DNA of 20,000 nucleotides from Perkinsus olseni (Eukaryota): NCBI GenBank assembly GCA_013115125.1, contig JABANN010000106.1, positions 51,296 to 71,295 of the forward strand, read 5' to 3'. Shown piece by piece: positions 10,943 to 20,000 of this stretch (position 1 is its first letter; each line of letters starts with the position of its first letter). The notes under the pieces were generated by a model. It saw only the letters and a program-made list of their open reading frames with translations, ran no database searches and was not told where the DNA came from. The position numbers and the translations under genes were made by a program.

Positions 10943-11485
10943 ATATGTTCGTACGACCCGATACCATAACTTCCTGACTTCCCGCGCGATCGAGGCTCAC
11001 CTCTGTTAGTTTGATGTCTTGATTGTATGCGGAGCGGGAAACGATTTAGTGCCTGTCTGCTGGACTTCATTCTGTCTCAATATGATTTGTTTTCACCGTG
11101 TAGAGTATCTTACGGTCGAGCGTGCTGGATACAAAAGAGGTTAGACCTGAGCCGATGCTGTACATACCCACAATCGCCCTTTGTAACGTCTCAGACTTTT
11201 CTTTGAATTCGATATAATTCTGTTCCAATTCAACTTTTCACTTTCTATCACTCTCCCAGCCACTTGCGTTCTCATGTACAGTCGTCTTTAATCAAACACT
11301 AGATGAGGCCACTATGCCGCGTGGCTCTGCGGCCTCATTTTGGCGTGTTGGATTTCCCCGTTACAGGTTGTGGGAGTGCTGGCTGGCGTGTATCTTCGGG
11401 CCCTAGCTGTTCGGTCGTCTGCAGCGGATATTAGGTTCATCTCAGTTGTACGTATATTCCTTAACTTTACACTACTGTTACTAAC

Positions 11486-14029
11486 ATGGAGGAGGCAAGG
11501 GCCTTGCTGGACCAGCTCATGGGCCGAGACAGGAACGTCTCAGCGGCGGAGAAAGTGAAAATTGAAGAGAAGAAGATCAATTGGATGACGCAGACCCGAT
11601 ATTGCCCTTATTTCTTGGTGGATTTCTGGTACTACTAGAAGGGAGGGAGCGTAGGGTGGCAGTGGTGCAGAGGCTTCCAACTTGTCCTTCCAAATGCACT
11701 AAGTCAAAGCGCATCCGCGCGTCTCTGGCTTGCCAATGTCGTTGCTCATTAGGGGATCGACTGCGTAGCGCGGTTGTGTTCTATCGTTCACTACCAGTGG
11801 ATCACTAGTAGCTCGTTCACTCAATGGTAGAGCAAAGGTCTCTCATAGAGATGCTCTCGAGTCTGTTCATTCTCGCCTTGTACCGCCGGTTCTGTCCCTA
11901 TTTTTCGGGTTGGATCATTCTCCTCCCTGCCTGTTACCTCGGTACTCACTAGCGTTATCCACGTTCTCGGAGCCTCAGGCTGTAGTCCGGGCTCATCCTC
12001 ACTGTGTTCAGCCCCCATGATCTCTTCGTCAACACGAAAGCGGATATGGGTCCGTGCAACAAGGAGCACTGCGAGTACACCAAGTCCCGCTTTGAAAAGT
12101 GGGAGGACTGCGCGGAGAAAAGGGCTGTTGTCGACAAGTAAGGTCACCGACAGGTCGCTGACGCAGGTTACAGTTCGCTTTTTATCGGAATAGTTTCTTG
12201 TCTGCTCCCGTGACTTCGTTCCACGTTCGTGTGGTATGGTCGGCAAGACGGTGTGATCGCGAACGACTTCGGAATGGGCTTCATCCCAATCGTATTGCAC
12301 TCACTATTGCCTTTGACCGAGCGGACTTCTTCTCTGTTGGCTCCCTTCGAGGTACGTAGCCTTCACATTTCGATTCCCAGGACATCTTATTGGTGCCGTT
12401 TGACTAATCTTCGACTTCACCACGATACTTCGAAGCAATACGCTAGTTCTTTTCCCATTCACCTTCCCTTCAGGTACTCCCGTGAACTACTTAGCTTCCT
12501 GGAGTATTTGGAGACACAATTAGCGCACAAGATAAGGAGAGGTAGTAAAGGCTCTGCGGACTTGTTCCGCGTGGCGTTAAGGTCGGCAAGGCCACCCCAA
12601 ACAAACAAAGGAAGAATACTCCCTCACGCAATTAAAACTACTCTCATACGATCTGAATGAGAATCCTTGTGAGCGTTAGCCGTAGCAGACTAATCTCAGT
12701 AGTCGCCTTTTTGAACGGTCGTAGGGTCAGTCTCAATGAGTTTCCTCTCTGTTTTGGGCATGGTGTGATAGAAACTTGGGCCGCCGGATGACTTCTGAAT
12801 TGCGGTATCGAATTATTCACAGGTAAGGCGCGAGTGAGCGCAGAGATACCGGACATAGAAATACCGCCGCAGAACAGAGAGCAAATAGACGAGCTGAAGG
12901 TGAGTTGGCGAAGGAGTGGTATGACGAGTGCCAGGTAATGGTTTCAGAGCCGTATACATGGGATTGTAAAGGAGGCCGAGGAGCTTGCCGAGAAGGGTCG
13001 CATTGCGGAATCAGAAAAGAGGATGGGGCAGGTTGGTCGGCTGCCTTCTGTCCGACCAGCAACCTCTTATCCAGGCTGAGCCGTTGAACTCGAAAATTCG
13101 GGAGCTGAGCGGCGAGAAGTACATGATGATGACCCGAACGGAATTCGTGTGTGACGTTTGCGGCGTTCTTGTCACGCTCAATGAGAACGACCCGAAGGCG
13201 AATGTGGAGAATCATGAGCACGCACGGTAAGGAAGATATTCGATCATCAAGTTAGCTTTGTATTTGCCACGCTCGACCTAAGATTCTTTTCAGGGGCAAG
13301 CAGCATCAGGGCTGGGCAAAGATTCGGGAGACGATATCCATCCTTCGAGAGAAGTTCCTATCGAGCGGTCCTCCTCCGTCCTCTGCCTCATCCTTGCCGC
13401 CGAAGGAGACTCCAACGTCGGACGAACTCCCGTAGGTGACCGCGACGCTCCGCCCGATCATCCTCCTGGAAGGATTCTTTCTGACTTTTGGTAGAGCATC
13501 GAAATCTGCTGGCGTGGCGAGTCTCCACCACACTACTTTACTCGGGTTCTCACTTCGGTAGCTACAGCTTGTGTGTGTCGTATTATAATTGTGGTTCGTA
13601 CAGTGCTATGCTATCGCTCTCTCGAAGTATGCGGATTACTTAACTCCGTTGCTTAATGGTGGACGAGTATGTGGGTTAGGTCCACTCCCCCGCCTTCTGA
13701 AGCCTCGACCTCCTCTCGCCGTCACGGGTCTTCAACAGCCAGCGCAACGATATCACGAACGTCCGAGGAGTACACGAGCAAGGTGGAGGACTGGAGGGAC
13801 TATCTTGCCAAGATGCGTAGGTCGCCGTTGTGGAACGTTCTTCACCAAACGCCCGTCGAAGGCATTATTCCATGTTATTCGATGGGCTGCTGCAGGTGCC
13901 CGACAGGAGCGGAAGCATCGACACCATCACCATCGACACGAGGTGAAGGAACAGCGAGAGGACAGTCGAACTCGCAGTAGAAGTCGAAGCCGTGACGGCA
14001 GCGTCCATGCTGAGCAGCAGGAGCAGTAG
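11486..14029 (+). CDS. LUC7: LUC7-like U1 snRNP-associated splicing factor, paralog A (9 exons)
   Basis: Exons 11486-11628, 12012-12137, 12474-12541, 12823-12899, 12948-13031, 13075-13226, 13294-13431, 13680-13816, 13896-14029. Begins MEEARALLDQLMGRDRN; ZnF1 YCPYFLVDFCPHDLFVNTKADMGPCNKEH; ZnF2 VCDVCG...EHARGKQHQGW; short His-rich and RS-rich tail (RTRSRSRSRD). Confidence 0.93.
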
Positions 14030-14907
14030 TGTTAAGTTGGTTTCACCTCCATCCTCTCTAAGCCTTTACGCGTTTCCACGACGACCGGAACGTCTTGTGT
14101 TCAACTGCAACCCTACGGTGGGTTTTGTTCGACAGACCTGCCCTCCCATGCCTAGAGTGCTCCCCTAGAACTCGATATTATATGTAGAAGCGGTCGTGAG
14201 ACGGAGCTCTCCCCCCTCAGTTCCGCGAAGTGAATATAAGCCTCAAGATAGTTTTGTGTTGCCGTCGGCTCCGAGACCTTCAATTTGGGTGCTTGGCAAG
14301 TCACGAGGCTCCCGCAAGATAGTCACCGGAGCAGCCGGCTGGTCGTCATGGTGCATCTATGATCCTGCATCACAGTGTTGTCACTGACGCTGCAGTTGGT
14401 GGCAGGGATATTGAGCCAACGCTGGTCCTCTAGACCCGACCAGCCAGTTCATCTGAATGCGAGTTGTTGAATATCCCCTTAAAGTAGTCGTGATGGACTG
14501 AGACTATTGGGTAGATGGTCGGCTAGCTATGGTTCAAAGCACTCCTATTGGGCTACCACCATTGCTGCGGGGCAAGAGCCACCCGAAAATGATTCTACTA
14601 TCGCGATCTGCACGCATGCGGCTTGTAACTCGCTCGCCCAAAAAATACTTGAATACTGAATTTTCTTGTTTTTTGGTCTAGGGCCTCGACTCCAAGGTAA
14701 AAGTGGAGTGATGAGGGCAGTTGAATGCGCTGGAGTGATCCACTATAAACATACATTCACTTTGTAGTGGGCACGTGCGTATGCAGTCCTCTCAGACCCA
14801 CACGCGACTCGAGCTCGCTGATAGCGTGAGAATTGGGAAAGATGTGGTATAACTTGCGACGGACGAGACTCCTCGGGATCTTGAGCAGCCATAATATTTT
14901 CATTGAG

Positions 14908-17075
14908 ATGGAAGAAGCCCGAGCTCTCCTCGACCAGCTGATGGGTCGTGATCGCAACGCCACTGCGGCAGCCAAGTCCAAGTCGTCAGAGAGGAGGATA
15001 AACTGGTTAACGCAGGACCAGTATTGCCCCTATTATCTCGTCGATTTCTGGTAGTAATAATACTAGCACTGGTGGTGGTCGTGGTCCCTTATTTATCGTA
15101 ATTGGCGACGCGCACGCCCCCTAGATGGATATAAGCCCTTAGTGACTGACTGGAGTAGTGGTAGCGGTTGTAGTAGTAGCAGTAGCAACAACATGGGTAT
15201 AAAGCATCACTCTCTACGTTGTGTTTTCTTCAGTCCTAACGAGCTCTTCGTGAACACCCGTGCGTACATGGGGTCCTGCGGGAAGGAACATTGTGAGTAC
15301 ACCAAATTCCGCTTCGATCAGATGGAGGATGGCAGAGAGAAGAGAGAGATAATCGACAGGTGGGCAGTAGCCGTGGTTCCGTCGTAGGCGATTGGGACGG
15401 TGGACAGGTACGAACGTAAATTATTGAGCTATTGTGAGTACATGGAGACTCAGTTGGCACAGAAGATCCGCAGAGGTAGGTGGCGCCGGGCGGTGGTGAC
15501 TGGTCGAGAGATGTTGTAACGCAGGGAAGGCCCGAGTGACGACTGAGATACCGGACATCGAGGTGCCTGCTCAGAATAGGGAGAAAATTGAGGAGCTACG
15601 GGTACTAGGTGTAAATGTATCAGACCTGCGAGGGTTTTCACGTAGCTTGCTTCACCTTGAACTGGCTGAGCGGCTGCCGTATGGCGGGCTAGAAGCCGCG
15701 ATTTTGTCGATTATGTACAGTATTTGGGTTCCGAACGACCTATCGGCCTATCAACGTGGTTATTTTAGACCAGAATCAACGGCCTCGTGAAGGACGCGGA
15801 GAGCTTGGCGGAACGAGGCCGCCTGATGGAGTCGGAGAAGAAGATGTCACAGGTACAGTAGCAGCTGTCGTGAGCGCGGGGGTAATTTTGTGGCGCGTGA
15901 AGTTACTGTGGTACGCTTAGATCGAGCCACTGAATGAGAAGATTCGTGACTTGAGCGGTGAGAAGTACCTCCACATGACGCGGACCGAATTCGTTTGCGA
16001 TGTTTGCGGCTGTCTCGTGACCCTTAACGAGAACGACACTCGCATCACGCTGGAAACGCATGAGCATGCACGGTAGGTTCGGGCGAGTTTGAGACACAGA
16101 GATCAGCGCGTGATAGTGCGGGTGGAGGAGCATCGCAGGAAGGAAAGCTTTTGCTGCTTCCTCAGTGGTGTTGTTGAGCCGGTCGCCGCATTGCGGAGAG
16201 TCTCCATTCCATTCACAGGCATTTAGTACTGGCCGTCCTCCACAGTGAGGGGTGGATGATGCTCGCGCTTTTCACGCATTCTCGAATCATTCGTCTTCAT
16301 GCGGCGTATGCTGGTTCATTGCAGTGGCAAACAGCACCAAGGTTGGGCCAAGATTAAGGAGACGAGCAAGGCTCTGAGAGAGAAGTTCGCGTCGGGTAGA
16401 GGGCTGCCCCTGGCTCCACCAACGAGGGAAGCGCCGCCGCCGGTTGAGAGACCTCCTATTGAGCGCAGGTGATACCGCCACGGCTCGAGCGTTCGCAATG
16501 ATACGACAGGTCACCGCCGCGGTCGGAGACGAAGAAGGTTGAGGAGAGTCCGAAGCCGAAAAACGGGCCCGAGTCTGAGCGGAAGACGGAGGAGTATCAA
16601 TCCAAGGTCGAAGATTGGAGGACTCACTTGTCAAAGATGCGTAGGTCTCCTTGGGGTTTGCTCGCTTGAAGTTACGTTTGATATGGTATTCGTCGCCGCG
16701 AGAGAATCTTAGTTTTCGTTGAGTGATTGCAGCGTAGAGACACCGCAAGCATATTCTGTTTGATGCATGATAGAGGGCAATAATATGGCAGTAGCGATAG
16801 TGAGTTGTAGTCGAATACTGTCAGTTCGAAGCAGATATGAGCAGGGCGTTGTGAGCACTGGGAGCGTGCAAGGCCATCAAAGGCAGAATAATGATTTTCG
16901 ACATTGTCGTTGAATGAAAGAGTGTCCTGACGAATGTTTAGGTTCGAGGAAGTCGAAGCATCGGCATCATCATCATCATCATGATCATCACAGCGAGAAG
17001 GATCGCCATCACTCTCGCCATCGCTCCAGATCTCGAGACAAGAGAGACGACCGCAGTGACGGCAGTCGTGATTGA
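14908..17075 (+). CDS. LUC7: LUC7-like splicing factor, paralog B (9 exons)
   Basis: Exons 14908-15050, 15234-15359, 15408-15475, 15525-15601, 15769-15852, 15921-16072, 16325-16468, 16510-16640, 16942-17075. Begins MEEARALLDQLMGRDRN; ZnF1 YCPYYLVDFCPNELFVNTRAYMGSCGKEH; ZnF2 VCDVCG...EHARGKQHQGW; poly-His and RS tail. Confidence 0.93.
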
Positions 17076-17467
17076 TGAAGTGGGAGATGCTGGTGGTGAT
17101 GCCTCTAATTTCTAAACATTTGATTGTTATGTCAAGACAATGGCTTTGCGTTGCATCTGAGGTCACAGCTTGCACTGGCCATGGGCCTCGTGACAATGAG
17201 CGCCATTGGGAGAGGGCGGATTGAGTGGAGCGGTCCGTGCGAGTTGAGCAACTCTCCTCATGAGAGCTTCCGCACCCTTTGGGGATTTCTAGGATACGCA
17301 GGTCTCCGAAGGACCTTTCGAAAGAGGTCTGAGAAAGTGAACCTGAGATGAGAACCGTGTCTGAGCTCCCCTAGTATGCAGGTGGTGGCCGCCGGGTGTG
17401 ATGGTAGTGATCGTAGTGGGACCATCGTCAAACGCTCCTGGCAAAGTGGTTCGCTCACCCCATAACC

Positions 17468-19458
17468 ATGCCTTTTCCTGACCTCGACGTGGACCAGGAA
17501 GGCCAGCGGAACTTTTTCGTCGGACGCAACTCAGAAGGCTTCTGGGAGTGTGGGCTGTGCCACGTGAGATCTAGCCTTGCTCAATGAAATTGTAGTTTTC
17601 TGGTTTTTCTATCAGATAAGCGTCTGTTATGAGGGCATGTTGGAGGGCCACTTGCAAGGCAAGCAGCACGCGAAAAACCTCCGAAACTCTTCTTGGGAAG
17701 GGTCTGTGGGAACCGGTGAGTTGCTACGGCTGACTCGTGATGACCTATCCGTCCTCTTACTTGCCTCGCCTCCGTCCTTAACCTTAGTTCCCTCACCCTA
17801 CCCATGCGTTACAATGGCCTTCCTATTTCACTTGCCTTCATCGTCGCCTTCAACTTTCTCTTTCCTCAGCCCCGGTTCATACTAGCAGTAACATCTCAAC
17901 GCCTTCGTTTTCGTCCCCCTCTACCACCAGCCTCGAGCCAGCATCACAAGTGTTGTCTTGGCGCAACGATCCACAGTATACAGGCTACAGAGAGTTCCCC
18001 GAGCAATGCAGTCGTCAGTTCTATCCTGGTAGTAGAATGGGCCGGGCATCCTTACCGCTTCCGCAGAGGGATTCTTCGAGCGCCTGCGTGCGACACGTCT
18101 GTCGCTGCGAGTGACTGTCGACGAGTCCTGTTCCTCGGCAGATGGGGAGACTCTCACGTCCTCGTCTGTTATACCGCCGCTTGGTGAGCGTCCAGGAACG
18201 GTCTGGGGAGAGGCGCCAGCGATGGACGAGGGGTGGGATACGGTAGGTCGCGGATCTCCTGGAAGAAGCTGATTCTCTCTCGCTCGCCTCCTGCGGAAAC
18301 ATTAGTTGCCCGTTTGATGGCTGCTGGATCGGACTACACCATTTCCAGACCTACTTAGTAAGACCCCAGAGCAATTTGATAAATCCCAGACCAAATTAGT
18401 AAAACCCCAAAGCAATTTGATTTTATGAAAGACCAATTTAGTAGAGCCCCAAAGAACCACTAAATAGTACGGAAAGACTCACAATCGGCCTACATGAAGT
18501 AAGCACTCGGTATCCTGAAGTTCACAGGTTTTTCAAGTTATCGTTAAACATTCGAATTGGGGCTCCGAATGGCATGCCTTCCATGGCTGAGCAACGAGGG
18601 TACAATGTTTGAGCGTGATTGAAGCATCGTATACAAAGTTGCATGCTAACCGCATCAGCCCCTGTTTGAAGCAACTTCCCACAGCACGGCAGGAGGTACT
18701 CTGCCTTCGTTCTGTTTTCGTTCCGCCGCCTCTCCCGCCACTCATGGCCGGAGTCCCCGGGCCGGGAGGAGGGACGAATCGTCCCGGACGATCCGGATGT
18801 CGATCTCGCGTGCCGACTAAATTGCTCTGGGGTTATACTAATTTGGCCTCGGCTTTATTAAATTGCTCTGGGGATTCACTAATTTGCTTTGGGGTTTTAC
18901 TAAGTAGGTCTGGAAATGGTGTAGATCGTATTACGCCCACTCTGCATCAGCTGCTAAGTTCTGTGCGGTGTCACAGCCATGGTGGGTGTTGTTCAGGTTT
19001 GCAGGCTTTGCGACGCCCAGTTGGGTGATTGGTTCCAATGGGCGCAGCACATGCAGGGTCGAAAACACAGGGATAACGTCAGGGCTTCGAGGTGGTCGTA
19101 CGCTCAGTTTTGGCAGCGCTTAACAGCCGGCAAGGTGAGATGACCTCTTCGTGATTGGAAGTGGTGACCGGATGAGTCGGGCATGATGGTCGAATCCTCG
19201 GGTATTGCTTGTAGTTCCCTTATTACTATGAGCACCTGACTGGTATATGGTGCCTTGACCCTCCGATGGACCCTTTCCCGAGTGACGATGTCTTTGTCGA
19301 GAACCTCAGGCAGAATAAGAAGATTCATGAACTGAGCAAGGGTGGGGAAGGGAAGGCTTCCTATAAGCTGCTCGTCACCCCTTCCGTTCAATTCAGATCA
19401 TACCCATGAGGAGACGATGGAGTCCCTAGGCCCTGGGCGTGTCGGCTCATGGGCGTGA
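17468..19458 (+). CDS. Protein with two U1/matrin-type C2H2 zinc fingers and a C-terminal WW-like motif (middle exons uncertain; MITE lies within the span)
   Basis: Exons 17468-17563 and 17616-17715 give FWECGLCHISVCYEGMLEGHLQGKQHAKN. Exon 18997-19134 gives VCRLCDAQLGDWFQWAQHMQGRKHRDN...FWQRLTAGK, joined to 19215- FPYYYEHLTGIWCLDPP. Stop at 19409, or at 19458 if one more intron is used. That both halves belong to one gene is inferred. Confidence 0.65.
18354..18460 (+). repeat. Left subterminal tandem repeats of the MITE (~21-bp unit, TTAGTAAAACCCCAAAGCAAT-like)
   Basis: About five degenerate units: ttagtaagaccccagagcaat / ttgataaatcccagaccaaa / ttagtaaaaccccaaagcaat / ttgattttatgaaagaccaat / ttagtagagccccaaagaac. 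Confidence 0.8.
18817..18904 (-). repeat. Right subterminal tandem repeats of the MITE (inverted relative to the left array)
   Basis: About four units on the + strand: aaattgctctggggttatact / aatttggcctcggctttatt / aaattgctctggggattcact / aatttgctttggggttttact. Confidence 0.8.
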
Positions 19459-20000
19459 AACCCTCCGCTGGCGTTAAACGCAGCTTCTTCTTCACCACCG
19501 CTGAGAATCAGAGTGTTTTGTGACGTTTCGAATACTTTTGTAGTTCTGCGATTTTGAGTTCGAGTTCGGAAAGACAGGAAGTGCAGTTCTGGTATAGGTT
19601 TCGCAGCTCCTTGCCTGCACCGTGAACAGGACATCATTTTCCGGCCGCTTCTAAGATTTGTCGTAACGACCACGGACACTTCATTCTAATTTCGGGTGAT
19701 CGATATTTCTCCTAGTCGATTTCCTATTTTTCATTTTCAAGTCGATTTCCGATTTCCGGTGCTCGCTCAGATGGAAGATGTGAGGCTGTTACGACCAACC
19801 GTGGAGTTGTTCGGGTGTTGGTGTAGTATCCGAGCTCGCCCGTTGTCACGGGGTAGAACCTTTTCCGTATCCGATGCTCCTCCCGTGAGACCTCCTCCGG
19901 AGCATGGCAGTTTCCTCTCCTATGGCCTTTGCATGATACCCTACACGAAACTTGTGTAGTGTAGAGTGGTGCAAACATTGGTCCGTGACGCGCTCGCCCA

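Larger units (their letters stand above)
18334..18924. mobile_element. Non-autonomous DNA transposon (MITE / foldback-like), about 590 bp
   Basis: Left end CTACACCATTTCCAGACCTACTTAGTAA (18334-18361) is the exact reverse complement of right end TTACTAAGTAGGTCTGGAAATGGTGTAG (18897-18924). Both ends continue into inverted ~21-bp subterminal repeats. No transposase ORF is recognisable. Confidence 0.9.

Noticed and set aside
15151-15192. Degenerate (GTA/GCA)n microsatellite in LUC7-B intron 1, and (CAT)n at about 16965-16990
   Set aside because: Ordinary low-complexity sequence; the latter simply encodes the poly-His tract.
18354-18904. CRISPR-like array suggested by the ~21-bp repeats
   Set aside because: No unique spacers, units are degenerate and inverted at the two ends, no cas genes, eukaryotic context. 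These are transposon subterminal repeats.
18533-19028. Transposase ORF within the MITE (18609..19028 + or 18533..18745 -)
   Set aside because: Too short, no DDE or HTH motif recognisable, and the longer ORF crosses the element boundary.
19696-20000. Start of another gene (cag ATG GAA GAT at 19771)
   Set aside because: Plausible context but no recognisable protein and no supportable exon structure within the window.

Overview
Gene-dense, intron-rich eukaryotic DNA with many 40-100 nt GT-AG introns. The style suggests an alveolate protist such as Perkinsus (inference only). The ORF track is largely uninformative because the real genes are split into small exons, so gene models were spliced by hand. 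The window holds, in order: the 5' part of a dual-specificity phosphatase (-, runs off the left edge); coatomer beta (-, about 32 exons); a divergently transcribed cyclin-Y/PHO80-like cyclin (+); two tandem LUC7-like paralogs with identical 9-exon structure (+); and a gene with two U1/matrin-type C2H2 zinc fingers plus a WW-like motif (+), whose span contains a ~590 bp MITE-like element. The most unusual signal is non-coding. At least seven introns of two unrelated genes carry a sense-oriented tRNA 3'-half-like (variable loop plus T-loop/B-box) sequence, three of them at the same offset from the GT donor. Two other short motif families (AGCGGAGCGAAGCG and CAATTTCGTGGCGCGTGA) also recur, mostly in introns.
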